DNA of 63,860 nucleotides, filler included. It is 4 parts of 4 records of this genome, joined end to end, with 100 filler letters (N's around TTAATTAATTAA, not from the genome) between each part and the next. Parts side by side here need not be neighbours in the genome. Positions count along the whole stretch, not along the records: positions 25,519 to 51,468 come from SRR2962707_2593; 3 more parts are not named here. The stretch is one strand, 5' to 3'. The notes under the pieces were generated by a model that was not told the origin of the DNA, ran no database searches, and saw only the letters and a program-made list of their open reading frames with translations. Numbering within the stretch: position 1 is the stretch's first letter; each line of letters begins with the position of its first letter. Below are positions 38,545 to 49,105 of this stretch, piece after piece. The translations under genes were made by a program, and so were the position numbers.

Positions 38545-40571
38545 CGCAGCTCAATGTGCACGCGGTCTGATAAGCCGCGTGCATCAATCACCGAAAGCGT
38601 CGAAAACCCTAAACTGTCCACGGGCAAGCTGAACTCTGGGACCCGCACTCCAGTGGCAACAACGGCCCCGTTCGCCAAAACCGTAAAAGGCGGTGTGCCA
38701 TCCCGCAATTTTATGGGCACGTGCCCTTCGGAGGGCGCGAGGCGCGCACCGTTCGGCGGAAACACAAGGCGCACGGATTTGGTATGCTTCACATCGGCCC
38801 CACCAAAACGTCGAAGCGGTAAGGGTAGCTGGGCGTTGGACAACATCAACGTGTCTGATGGCGGCGGTGGCAAAGGGACCGGTGTTGCGCGGACCCGGCC
38901 CATAACATCGAACAAAAGCGGCGCGGCGTGATCGCCGCCAAAAGCCCCAGGAACCGGCGTCCCGTCTGGTCGCCCCAACCAGACCCCGACCACATAGCGC
39001 CCGTCAAATCCAATCGCCCATGCATCCCGATGCCCATAAGACGTGCCGGTTTTATAAGCCACGCGCCCCTTTGGCCCGGCGTGTTTCGGTGGGGAAATAC
39101 CGGCCAGAATATGCCCGACTTGCCACGCTGATCGAGCGCTCAGCACGCGTTCAATGTCATGGGGCTTTTCGCCTTTTCGCCAAACAAGAGGGCGTGTTGT
39201 TCCCAATTGCGCCAGCATGGCATAGCTTTGCACCAACTCCTTGAGTGTCAGGCCAACCCCGCCCAGCGCCACCGCAAGCCCCGGCTTTCCACCCGGCAAA
39301 ACCGGCTTCGCCCCTGTTTTGCGCAAAGCCGACATCAGATGTGCGGGGCCGACGGCTTCTGTCAGGCGCACCACTGGAATATTGAGGGAAAGTTGCAATG
39401 CCCGCGTGACCCGTAAATCTCCGCGAAACTGACCGTCGAAATTTTGTGGCGCATAATCCCCGAACCAAGCCGGTGTGTCTGAAATCAAGGTTTCTGGATG
39501 AGCGATGCCGCGATCAAAGGCCAATCCATAGACCAAAGGTTTCAACGTCGACCCGGGCGAACGCTTGGCATTGGTCATATCTACAAAGCCGGGGCGGCCG
39601 CGCGCCTCATCATATCCCGGAGATCCGACCGAGGCGAGGATTTCACCGCTGGTATGATCCGCCACAAGAATAGCCAGAGATTGCCGTGCGTCCTGTCCCT
39701 TCATGTCGCGTCGCGCCATCGTTTCCAAGGCTTTCTGCAACGTCTTATCAATCGTCAAGTCAAACCGCCCAGACACCTGTGTCACAGTGCGATCTGAAAG
39801 ATGCGGCGCCAATTGAGGAAACGGCAGGCGTTTGTTGGGCACGCGATCTGTCAAAGCGGCCAGCGCTGTGCCTTCATCCAGAAAATCATCGTCCAGAAGT
39901 CGGTGAATAACTCGGTCCCGGGCCAAATGTGCAGCCGACGGGAATCGATCGGGCCGACGGGTTTCCGGCGACTGTGGTAGGGCGACCAAAAACGCCACGT
40001 CCGCTGTGGTTAACCGTGAGGGCTCTTTCCCGAGATAGGCCAGCGAAGCGGCGCGAACGCCCTCAATATTCCCGCCATAGGGAGCAAGGTGAAGATACAG
40101 GGTCAGAATATCAACTTTGCTAAGCTGTCTCTCCATCGCCAAAGCCACCCGGATTTGCCGCAGTTTTCCGGCCCAAGCGCCCGTTCCGCTGTCCTCAGAC
40201 AGTCGGGCAACCTGCATGGTCAATGTCGACCCGCCCGACACAATGCGCCCATGCCACAGGGCCTGAATCGCCGCCCGGCTCATGGCAATGACGTCGATGC
40301 CAGAATGATCGAAGAACCGCTTATCTTCATAGGCGACCAGCATATCGACAAACCGGGGATCAACTTGCGGCAAAGACGTTGCCATACGCCAACGGCCCTC
40401 TGCCACCATATAAGGCCGCAAGAGCTCCCCATTCCGGTCTCGCACCTCTGCGGAGGTTTCAAAGATCAGAGACGGCAGTTCGGTTTGTGCAACCCAATCG
40501 TCCAAAGCATCCCGGGTCAGCGCTGTCAGGAACAGCGCCAGCACCCCCAGAAACAGCCAGCCCGGTTTCAT
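38541..40571 (-). CDS. pbpC: Penicillin-binding protein 1C
   Basis: EDKRF, GGSTLTMQVAR, SPGSTLKP, SLN and KTGTS; directly downstream of the alpha-2-macroglobulin gene. Confidence 0.95.
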   Translation of the reverse strand: MKPGWLFLGVLALFLTALTRDALDDWVAQTELPSLIFETSAEVRDRNGELLRPYMVAEGRWRMATSLPQVDPRFVDMLVAYEDKRFFDHSGIDVIAMSRAAIQALWHGRIVSGGSTLTMQVARLSEDSGTGAWAGKLRQIRVALAMERQLSKVDILTLYLHLAPYGGNIEGVRAASLAYLGKEPSRLTTADVAFLVALPQSPETRRPDRFPSAAHLARDRVIHRLLDDDFLDEGTALAALTDRVPNKRLPFPQLAPHLSDRTVTQVSGRFDLTIDKTLQKALETMARRDMKGQDARQSLAILVADHTSGEILASVGSPGYDEARGRPGFVDMTNAKRSPGSTLKPLVYGLAFDRGIAHPETLISDTPAWFGDYAPQNFDGQFRGDLRVTRALQLSLNIPVVRLTEAVGPAHLMSALRKTGAKPVLPGGKPGLAVALGGVGLTLKELVQSYAMLAQLGTTRPLVWRKGEKPHDIERVLSARSAWQVGHILAGISPPKHAGPKGRVAYKTGTSYGHRDAWAIGFDGRYVVGVWLGRPDGTPVPGAFGGDHAAPLLFDVMGRVRATPVPLPPPPSDTLMLSNAQLPLPLRRFGGADVKHTKSVRLVFPPNGARLAPSEGHVPIKLRDGTPPFTVLANGAVVATGVRVPEFSLPVDSLGFSTLSVIDARGLSDRVHIELR

Positions 40572-43500
40572 TCTGCGATCACGATCCGCCCCGTGTCTGT
40601 GCGGGCGCGATAACGCGGTCGATACATATCCTCAACCGACGCTGCCGGATGGTGATAGGTTCCCGGAGACACCGCCCTTACAATATAGGCCAATTGGAAT
40701 GGTTTCTCGCTCTGCCAATTTACCGCCGCCAAGAACCTATCTGAACGGAACTCGGTGTATTCGGCTTCAGCGGGTTTTAACCAATCCAAAGCGCGGATAT
40801 CGCCAGATCGCAGCAAATTGGGGTTGTCGATTTCGAACCCTGCGGGCAAAGGATCATTGACCATGAGTCTGGCACCTGTGCTTTCGGCTGGACGCACGGT
40901 CACCACAGTGACAAAGCGGTCTCCAACAGTAACCGCCCCTTCAACAGGCTGTCCTTCCATCGTGTAATACGCCCGTTCTACTGCGTAGCCGTATCCCCCG
41001 GCAGCTAAGGGCTGGTCCGGAACACCGATGGTGGTCAGGGTAATATCTGTCGGCAGGGTCGATGTGTTGCGGATCTCCATCGGTTGAAGGGACCGCCCTT
41101 CAATCCGACGCACAAAGGGCCCCGCTACTGCCGCTCCATCAAGCGTAATACCCGACGCATTCGGGTCTTGAACCAAGGCATGCGCTGCCAAAAGCGCCCA
41201 GCTTTGCTCTTGCGTCGACAACCCGCGACCCGGCGCAGAAAGTCGTGCGGTCAGAACATCTCGGTCAACGACCGTGCTGCCAGCTTCAACCGCCAGCGCC
41301 AAAAGGCCCGCAGCGTCACGCAGGTTGCTGCCATAGTCAGCCCGCCATTCCGTGGTTTCCGTTCCCAACGTTGGCGCAATGCGCCGCGCCGCCTTGGCAA
41401 ACATCAGATCGGCGCGCGTTTGATCACCATACATGGCCAGCGCCGCCCCTAGCTGAGCCTGCGCCAATGGGCTTGAAAAGGCATCGGCTTTGACATCCGC
41501 ATAGTAACGTAAGTCTCCCATCGAGGCGTGCCCTTCCCGTGCCAGGACCAAGAGAGCATAGGCGATGTCCGCGCCGCCTTTATCAAAGTCGGGCGCATAG
41601 GCGATCCGGTTGCGCAGATTGTCCATCGCATTGCGGAAGGCGAGATCGGGAATTTCATGTCCCTGCGCCCGCGCCCGGCTCAAAAAATCGCTGACATAGG
41701 CATCCAGCCAGAAATCACCAGACTGGGCCCGCCAAAGGCCAAATGCCCCATTGCTGGCTTGGCGCGTCATGATCTTGGTAACCGATTGCGCAATGCGCTT
41801 GTCGATTGAGGACGGATCGCCCAAGCCCATCGCTTCGGCAACCGACGACAAATACAACAATGGCATTGCTCCAGAAGTCACCTGTTCAGTGCAGCCATAG
41901 GGGTAACGATCCAGCGACGCGATTAACCCGGGCGCATCAAAACGCGCAAGCGGCCCGGCCGAGACCAGGGCTTGGGAGGACCCGTCTAAAAACCCATCAA
42001 AGACTTGGTCATCAAGCGTGAATGTAGCCGACGGGGCCAACGAAAACCGCCGCGTCTGAGAAATTTCGGGGTCATTTGCCCGCACCCCCAACGTCAGTGT
42101 CTTTTCCAACCGAGTACCATCTGGGGTGGTCAATGCGACCGTCAACTGATGATCCCCAACGTCCCGTGCCGTGATCGGCAAGGTCAGACGCAGGGATCCC
42201 CCCTCAGAAAGCGTGATCTTTTCAGGCATTTGTGACCCGTTTAGATCAAGCCCCGTCGCGCCGACCTCCAACACCATCTCACCCGCCGGTCCGTCACTAT
42301 GAACGATCTCTAGCAGCAACCGAGACTGATCTCCGGGCGCCAAAAACCGCGGAAGGCTTGCAGTTACCACAACCGGATCGCGGACCAAGACTTCCGCCTC
42401 AGCTTCGCCCACAGCGGTAGGTGACCAAGCAACGGCCATGAGACGAACGGAGCCGTTAAATTCCGGAAGGTCAAAATGCACATTCGCTGTGCCATCCGCC
42501 TGCACTTCGACCGGGCCAGAGAAGAACGCCACCAGTTCTTCGGTGGGAGGAGGGCTTTCCAAGCGCCCCTCCGCCGCCGCGTCTCCGCCCGAGCGGATGG
42601 TCCCCATCGCGCCGTCCATCCCGTTGATTAACCGCCCATAGATATCGCGGATTTCAACGCCAAGCCGCCGCTGTCCAAAGTAATGGTCAGAAGGGTTGGG
42701 ACTGTCAAAACGGGTCAGATTCAAAATACCGACATCCACAGCCGCAACCGTGACAAACCCTTTTTGGCCATTCAAACCATCGACAATCACTGTGGCATCC
42801 AAAGGACCACGGGGTTGGCTCTCTAACGGCGCGTCAAACCGCACGGACAACCTGCGCGCCCCGGGATCAATGGCGGCATGGGCCAGCCCCAGCGACCGTT
42901 GTGGATTTTGCCCTGCATCCGCATCCATAGGCCGAATGACCGACGCCGTCACATAGGCGCCGCCGCCCCAATCCTCTGTCACGTCCAAAGAGATAAGGTT
43001 CTCGCCCCCTGCAACGTCATAGGCTTGCATCGAAATCACGTGATCGCTCATCACCGTGACAAGGGCCTGACCTGCGTAGCGCGGCACAAGGCGCAGCACC
43101 GCCGTATCACCGCTTTGGTATTGAGGTTTGTCTAAGGAGAGCGCCAACGTATCCGGTGTCGACGACACATCCGCTGGTGCATACCAACCGGCATAAAGGT
43201 TGACGGAAGACGCGATATAGTCGTCGCCGAAATGCTCAACCACCAGCTCATATTGCCCCCATTCGACATCCGTTGAGAGTGCGAAAGCTGTATCCCCCAA
43301 AAGAGCTGTCCCACTGGTAGCTTTGCGTCTTGTGGTAATCGGTTCCCATCGCCATTGGCCATATTCCTGATACCATTGGTACCGCGTGTTCACACGGTTC
43401 AGCGTCCAGGTAACATTCATACTGGTCGGGGCCAGAGTCGGGCCAAAGGCGCTTAGCTCAAAGGCCGCTTGGCCGCCTTCTTGGACAACGCCGTCAAACA

Positions 43501-46000
43501 ATGGTTTGATCCCGATCATCGCTGTTTGCGGCGCGACCGTCCGGGTGATGCTGCGTTCGACCGGGCGCCCAGACCCTTCGGCCACACGTAAGAAGATCTC
43601 GGCTTGATGAGGACGTGCGATGTCATCAGACACCGGTAAATCAAGCGCCACCTGTAGCTGTCCTTGGGCATCTGTGGTCAAATCCTGTGGCAATGACCGG
43701 GTCTGAGTGGTGCGAGACGCATCATGTCGACCAAAATGATAGCCCGGCAAAGCATCGAGTACATCCAAAGGGCGTAAGCGGAGTTCACCCTCCGCAGGCA
43801 GATTGGCCCCGGGTGCCCCGAACAAATACCGCACCTTTGCCGTTAGAACCGGAGGGGCACTTGCATTGATGAACCCCTCTGGCAGATCCAAATCGAAATC
43901 GATCCGTTCTGGCACAAAATCTTCGACCAGAAAGTTCTGCGACGCCAACGCTGGCGCGTCTTGATCCGCAAACAAATCCAGCCGCCAGGTTCCCCGCGCC
44001 ACGGACGGGGCCAACGGCATTTCGAACACATGCCCCCCGGCAAAAGGGGTCGCGCTTAAATGCCGACTGTATTCCACACCGTCCGGTCGTTTCATTACGG
44101 CTGTTAATGGTACATCTTCTATGGCCGAAACACGTGAATCCCGCATCAAGGCTGTTGCAAAGACAGTTTCCCCTGCCCGATAGGCCCCGCGATCCGTGGA
44201 GACAAAGACATCAACCGGTCCCCCGGGGGAGCGCCCTTCGACGCCGCGATCCGACAAATCAAAAGCCGGGTCGGTCAAGGATAAGAAGGTGAAATCCTGA
44301 TCGGCTTGTTCTGCCATGACCATTGCAGGCGCGGCCCCGCCAGTGCCACGCATCAATCCGGGATCGAATAGCGCATGTCCCAAGTCATTTGTTGTGACAG
44401 TCCCAAGAACCCGATTGGTCCGAGACACCAGAGAGACCTTTATGCCCGACAGTGCAGTTGCATCCGTCAGACGACGCGCGAAAACGTGCAATCCGTCCGT
44501 ACCCGACAAGGTCGCCAAACCAATATCAGACAGGACAAACCATTGCGTCTGGCCCGGATCCACATATGGATCAGCTCCAGTCAGGCTTGCCGTAAGGGCA
44601 TAGATTCCAGCTGGCTGGTCTGCAATGACATCCCCAATTGGCAAGCGTGTCAGCATATTCGCATTCAGACGGTTTTCGACCTCACCAACCCCGGTCCAAA
44701 CCTCTTCTGCGATTTCACTGTTAAATTGCTGTTCTTCCCAATAGGACAACGGCCGTCCAAAGTAGCTGTCCTGAATTGCCCGCAGCAAATTGCGGTCACT
44801 GACCCGGCGGAGTTTCAGGTCCACGCGGTCGACATTCACAGTTTCGATCGGGATCCCTGCATCCGACGTTTTCGGCAACACATAGGCCCGTCCTGAAAAA
44901 CTGGCAGAGGGAGTCCGATCCGGCACATAGACCGTCAGCGAGACATCCTTGATCAAGGCTTCACCCGCGTCAGATGGCAAACCGGAACGAAACGTCAAGG
45001 TATAACGCTCACCATGATCAACGCCTGAAATGCAAATCCGGCGGTCGTCAGATTCAATGGCCAATGTCGACAGCGGCACCCGGACAAACGGAGTGTAATC
45101 CGCACCTGCCTTCACAAGGTCTTCGGAAAAGCGCGCACAAATACGCGGGCTTGCCAAATCTGACTCCACCTCGTGTTCGACAATCCGGAAACCATATTTC
45201 CCGATGGCATCTTCCAGCATCGCAGAAACTTCGGCCCGCGGCGCTAGGCTCTCAGCAAGCCGCAATGCCGGAATCATGTCGCGACTTCGGCCACTGTCTT
45301 CGAGCGCTTTGGCCAGTTGCATGAGCGATAAGATCTGAACCGGCGCGGCCTCTGCCCGTAAATAACCATTAACGGCGGCGCTAAGTGCGCGCTGCCGGAA
45401 ATTGCGCTTGTCCGTGCTTTTGGTCAGCGCGCCAGAATAGGCCAAGGATAGTCGTGCATAATCGACCCAAATATCCGACGCATCAGTTTGCGCCAAAGCA
45501 GCACCCGTCCAATGAACCGCATTGGCGAGATTGCCATTGGCTTCTTCGTTACGGGCGGCCTGAAGCAAAGCTTGTGGTGTCCATTGCCCCCCGGCATGGC
45601 GAACGCCCAACGCCGTGGCCTCGGCCAATGCCTGAGAAAAATCAGACGCTCGAAGAAACGAAAGCTCTGTGCGTCGCAAGGCAGCGCGCTCCAGAACAAT
45701 AGCGTTGGTGGTCAAAACCTCGCCGGAAATCGCCCCCTCGTATGGCTGTCTTTCTGTTACGGCCGACTTCGGAAAACACGCGTTGGAACGAGAGTTGAAG
45801 GTAAAGGCGCCACAGGAGGAATCATTTAGACAAAACTGGCGGCAGGCCGAAAGATTCGTGTCAAATAACGCCTGCAAATCCGCGCCATAAAAATCGACAT
45901 CGCGTGTCACAATAAATCGTTTGTCGGGAATGGCATCCTGAGCCCCTGCCGAAGCCGCAGAAAACAGAAACAAAATCATAAGGATAAGATAACGGCGCAT
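40568..46000 (-). CDS. Bacterial alpha-2-macroglobulin (YfhM-like) with an N-terminal PAN/Apple-like Cys domain
   Basis: Signal peptide MRRYLIL..., TDRGAYRAGE, thioester YPYGCTEQ and EDMYRP; paired with pbpC. Confidence 0.95.
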   Translation of the reverse strand: MRRYLILMILFLFSAASAGAQDAIPDKRFIVTRDVDFYGADLQALFDTNLSACRQFCLNDSSCGAFTFNSRSNACFPKSAVTERQPYEGAISGEVLTTNAIVLERAALRRTELSFLRASDFSQALAEATALGVRHAGGQWTPQALLQAARNEEANGNLANAVHWTGAALAQTDASDIWVDYARLSLAYSGALTKSTDKRNFRQRALSAAVNGYLRAEAAPVQILSLMQLAKALEDSGRSRDMIPALRLAESLAPRAEVSAMLEDAIGKYGFRIVEHEVESDLASPRICARFSEDLVKAGADYTPFVRVPLSTLAIESDDRRICISGVDHGERYTLTFRSGLPSDAGEALIKDVSLTVYVPDRTPSASFSGRAYVLPKTSDAGIPIETVNVDRVDLKLRRVSDRNLLRAIQDSYFGRPLSYWEEQQFNSEIAEEVWTGVGEVENRLNANMLTRLPIGDVIADQPAGIYALTASLTGADPYVDPGQTQWFVLSDIGLATLSGTDGLHVFARRLTDATALSGIKVSLVSRTNRVLGTVTTNDLGHALFDPGLMRGTGGAAPAMVMAEQADQDFTFLSLTDPAFDLSDRGVEGRSPGGPVDVFVSTDRGAYRAGETVFATALMRDSRVSAIEDVPLTAVMKRPDGVEYSRHLSATPFAGGHVFEMPLAPSVARGTWRLDLFADQDAPALASQNFLVEDFVPERIDFDLDLPEGFINASAPPVLTAKVRYLFGAPGANLPAEGELRLRPLDVLDALPGYHFGRHDASRTTQTRSLPQDLTTDAQGQLQVALDLPVSDDIARPHQAEIFLRVAEGSGRPVERSITRTVAPQTAMIGIKPLFDGVVQEGGQAAFELSAFGPTLAPTSMNVTWTLNRVNTRYQWYQEYGQWRWEPITTRRKATSGTALLGDTAFALSTDVEWGQYELVVEHFGDDYIASSVNLYAGWYAPADVSSTPDTLALSLDKPQYQSGDTAVLRLVPRYAGQALVTVMSDHVISMQAYDVAGGENLISLDVTEDWGGGAYVTASVIRPMDADAGQNPQRSLGLAHAAIDPGARRLSVRFDAPLESQPRGPLDATVIVDGLNGQKGFVTVAAVDVGILNLTRFDSPNPSDHYFGQRRLGVEIRDIYGRLINGMDGAMGTIRSGGDAAAEGRLESPPPTEELVAFFSGPVEVQADGTANVHFDLPEFNGSVRLMAVAWSPTAVGEAEAEVLVRDPVVVTASLPRFLAPGDQSRLLLEIVHSDGPAGEMVLEVGATGLDLNGSQMPEKITLSEGGSLRLTLPITARDVGDHQLTVALTTPDGTRLEKTLTLGVRANDPEISQTRRFSLAPSATFTLDDQVFDGFLDGSSQALVSAGPLARFDAPGLIASLDRYPYGCTEQVTSGAMPLLYLSSVAEAMGLGDPSSIDKRIAQSVTKIMTRQASNGAFGLWRAQSGDFWLDAYVSDFLSRARAQGHEIPDLAFRNAMDNLRNRIAYAPDFDKGGADIAYALLVLAREGHASMGDLRYYADVKADAFSSPLAQAQLGAALAMYGDQTRADLMFAKAARRIAPTLGTETTEWRADYGSNLRDAAGLLALAVEAGSTVVDRDVLTARLSAPGRGLSTQEQSWALLAAHALVQDPNASGITLDGAAVAGPFVRRIEGRSLQPMEIRNTSTLPTDITLTTIGVPDQPLAAGGYGYAVERAYYTMEGQPVEGAVTVGDRFVTVVTVRPAESTGARLMVNDPLPAGFEIDNPNLLRSGDIRALDWLKPAEAEYTEFRSDRFLAAVNWQSEKPFQLAYIVRAVSPGTYHHPAASVEDMYRPRYRARTDTGRIVIAE

Positions 46001-46130
46001 GGAACTCTCCCATTTCCAACGACAGTATGCTGACATGCGCAGGCCGGGCTGGCAACGATTCAGATACTGACGTTTTAAGCACTTATTCACGTCGATCTCG
46101 CAACGTCGCCTAGGATCAACGGAAACACGC

Positions 46131-48326
46131 ATGACAATCGCTAAAAAACTGGCGGAAGAACGACGAGCACGCCTGGCAGCAGAACGCTTGCTTGAACTAA
46201 AGCAGGCAGAGCTTTTCGCCGCCAACAGAAAACTTGGGCGACACGCCCGGCAATTAAGCCATGAAATCGTGGAAACCCGCGCCGAGGTCGCGACCGTCCG
46301 GAATGAGAATTTAAGGGTAAAATCTGATCTAACCGCCGCACATAACAAAATCGAACTCGTGGAACGACGGCTGTGGCAATCCGTTCAAACGATCCAAGAC
46401 GGTTTCGCAATCTATGACGAACAAAATATCCTGATTGCGGCCAATCGTGCCTATCTCAGCGTTTTTGATGGGTTGGACGAAGCCCAGCCAGGGATCAGCT
46501 ATCCGCGTATGCTTCAATTGCTTACCGAAGAAGGCATCGTTGACACAGAGGGAGAGAACCAAACCGCGTGGCGGGCCAAGATGATCACGCGTTGGCAATC
46601 TGCGCATCCGGAACCGATTGTCATACGCTTATGGAATCAGCAGTACATTAAGATGATCGACCAACGGGGAGTGGATGGTGATGTGGTCAGTCTGGCTTTG
46701 AACATCACTTCCACCGTTTTGTACGAAGCGCAGCTGCGCGAGGCTCACCAACGTGCCGAGGCGGCCAACCGCGCAAAATCTGCCTTTCTGGCAAATATGA
46801 GCCATGAGATCCGTACCCCGATGAACGGGGTTGTTGGGATGGCAGATCTTTTGAATGAATCGCCGTTGAGCAAGGAACAAAAGATTTATGTTGAGACGAT
46901 ACGCAATTCTGGTGAGGCCCTGCTGGTCATCATTAACGACATCCTCGACTATTCAAAAATCGAGGCGGAAAAACTCGAGCTTAATCCAGAGCCTTTTGAC
47001 CTTGAAAAGTCTGTCCACGACGTCGTGACTTTACTGCGTCCCGGCGCGCGTGAAAAAGGGTTAGAGGTGGCCATAGACTACGACATGTTTCTGCCGACCC
47101 ATTTTGTCGGGGATCCAGGGCGTATTCGGCAAGTCTTGACCAACCTTGTTGGAAACGCGGTCAAGTTTACATCACAAGGGCACGTTCTGATCCGGATTAT
47201 CGGTGACCCGATTTCAGAAACCCATGCAGCCATTCACATCGCCGTCGAAGATACCGGCATCGGCATCCCAAAAGCCAAGCTCGATCATATTTTTGGAGAG
47301 TTCAATCAGGTCGATGACGACCGGAACCGGCAATTTGAAGGCACCGGTTTGGGTTTGGCGATTTCCAAGCGTCTGATTGAATTGATGAACGGGACTTGCT
47401 GGGTAACCTCAACCGAAAATGAAGGGTCATGTTTTGGCTTTCGGATTGAATTGCCCAAAGCGAATGTCTCAGAGGCAGTAAACGGCTGCCACGCGGTCCT
47501 AAAAGGAAAAGCCGTGGTTATTGAACCCAGCGGCGTCAACCGGACTATTCTGCAAAAACAATTGAGCGCCTTGGGCTATGAAACCCGCTGTTTTGACACC
47601 TGCGATGAGGCTTTGGAAAACTGGTCCGAAGACAGCGGGCTGATCGTTGTGGACGCTTCCGCCTTTGATCCACCCTCTGGAACATCTCTTGAGCGCTTTT
47701 GCGGTACACATACCGACCTCCCTATTCTGCTCAGCACCAATGACTTCTCCGAAGTCCCATCCTGCATTGCAGAGGCCGCCAACCGATCGATGCTTCAAAA
47801 ACCGGTTCAACGTTCCGCTCTTAAAGACGAAATCATTCGGTTGCATACTTCATCGGGAAATGACGGCCCTGCACTCGGGGAAATTCGAACGCCAAATGAT
47901 CGTGATCCACGTTGTCAGGACACGGCATACAAAGTGTTGGTTGCAGAGGACAATGCAACAAACCGACTGGTTTTCAGCAAAATGATTGCTTCGCACTCCG
48001 CAGCTTTGAAAATCACTTTCGCCATGAATGGGGTCGAAGCCGTCAAATCCTACAAGAACAGTAAGCCCGACATTGTGTTCATGGACATTTCGATGCCCAA
48101 AATGGATGGTAAGGAAGCCACTTCGCTTATTCGGGCCTATGACCCAAACTCTGACACCCCAATTATTGCCGTTACAGCCCATGCATTGGCAGGTGACGCA
48201 AAGTCTATTCTGGAGGCAGGGCTGGACGATTACATGTCCAAACCCCTGCGCAAGGCAGAGCTGTTCAGTAAACTGGACATGCATCTCAATCTAAAAAGAG
48301 AGCCTACGCCTCAGCCGCGCTCCTGA
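46131..48326 (+). CDS. Hybrid sensor histidine kinase / response regulator
   Basis: H-box MSHEIRTPMNGV, NLVGNAVKFT, DTGIGI, GTGLGLAI and C-terminal receiver FMDISMPKMDG; PAS-like N-terminal region. Confidence 0.94.
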   Translation: MTIAKKLAEERRARLAAERLLELKQAELFAANRKLGRHARQLSHEIVETRAEVATVRNENLRVKSDLTAAHNKIELVERRLWQSVQTIQDGFAIYDEQNILIAANRAYLSVFDGLDEAQPGISYPRMLQLLTEEGIVDTEGENQTAWRAKMITRWQSAHPEPIVIRLWNQQYIKMIDQRGVDGDVVSLALNITSTVLYEAQLREAHQRAEAANRAKSAFLANMSHEIRTPMNGVVGMADLLNESPLSKEQKIYVETIRNSGEALLVIINDILDYSKIEAEKLELNPEPFDLEKSVHDVVTLLRPGAREKGLEVAIDYDMFLPTHFVGDPGRIRQVLTNLVGNAVKFTSQGHVLIRIIGDPISETHAAIHIAVEDTGIGIPKAKLDHIFGEFNQVDDDRNRQFEGTGLGLAISKRLIELMNGTCWVTSTENEGSCFGFRIELPKANVSEAVNGCHAVLKGKAVVIEPSGVNRTILQKQLSALGYETRCFDTCDEALENWSEDSGLIVVDASAFDPPSGTSLERFCGTHTDLPILLSTNDFSEVPSCIAEAANRSMLQKPVQRSALKDEIIRLHTSSGNDGPALGEIRTPNDRDPRCQDTAYKVLVAEDNATNRLVFSKMIASHSAALKITFAMNGVEAVKSYKNSKPDIVFMDISMPKMDGKEATSLIRAYDPNSDTPIIAVTAHALAGDAKSILEAGLDDYMSKPLRKAELFSKLDMHLNLKREPTPQPRS

Positions 48327-49077
48327 CGAAAACAGGTTTGTCAGCCACAGACAAATCGGCGCGATATGCGTATCCGCCCATGTCAAATTCCAAAAGCGCG
48401 TCTGCGTCCGTTAGTCGGTGTTGAACAATATACCGTGCCATTGCCCCGCGTGCGCGTTTTGCAAAAAAGCTGACGACTTTGGGCGTGCCGTTTTTGTCTT
48501 CCATGAAAACAGGCGTCACCAATTTGGGTTTCAACGTTTTCAAAGGGACTGCGCCAAAATATTCTTGACTCGCGCAGTTCACCAACACCTTGGCCCCAAC
48601 CGCCTCAGCCTGCGCATTAATGGCTTTTGTAATCGTATCGCGCCAGTAGCTGTATAGCGAAGGTCCCCGACGCGTCTTCAGACGACTGCCCATTTCAAGC
48701 CGATAGGGCTGAATCGCATCCAGCGGCCGCAGCAAACCGTATAGACCTGACAAAATCCTAAGATGATCCTGAGCCCATACCATCTCATCAACATCCAATG
48801 TCGATGCTTCCAAACCTTGATAAGTATCGCCGGCAAAGGCCAGAGCAGCGGGCCGCACAGCCTCTGCCGCAGGTTCGGCCTCAAAAGATCGGAACCGATC
48901 CCGATTTAGCCGCGCCAGATCATCGCTCAGATCCATAAGGGATTTTAGATTTCCAAGGGTCAGATTGCGCGCTGTCTTGACCAAACGGACCGCATCTTCC
49001 TGAAAATCCGGCTGCGTCACCTCATAATCCACTGCGTCCCAATCCAACCGTTTGGCTGGAGATATCACCACAAGCAT
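48304..49077 (-). CDS. yaaA: Peroxide stress protein YaaA
   Basis: ISPAK, LRILSGLYGLLRPLD, PYRLEMG, NCASQEY and AKRARG. Confidence 0.95.
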   Translation of the reverse strand: MLVVISPAKRLDWDAVDYEVTQPDFQEDAVRLVKTARNLTLGNLKSLMDLSDDLARLNRDRFRSFEAEPAAEAVRPAALAFAGDTYQGLEASTLDVDEMVWAQDHLRILSGLYGLLRPLDAIQPYRLEMGSRLKTRRGPSLYSYWRDTITKAINAQAEAVGAKVLVNCASQEYFGAVPLKTLKPKLVTPVFMEDKNGTPKVVSFFAKRARGAMARYIVQHRLTDADALLEFDMGGYAYRADLSVADKPVFVRSAAEA

Positions 49078-49105
49078 GGCCAGCTCCTCTTGTTCTTATG
49101 CAGAC

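Noticed and set aside
38541-46000. Alpha-2-macroglobulin plus pbpC as a new defence system
   Set aside because: This is a well-known conserved gene pair.
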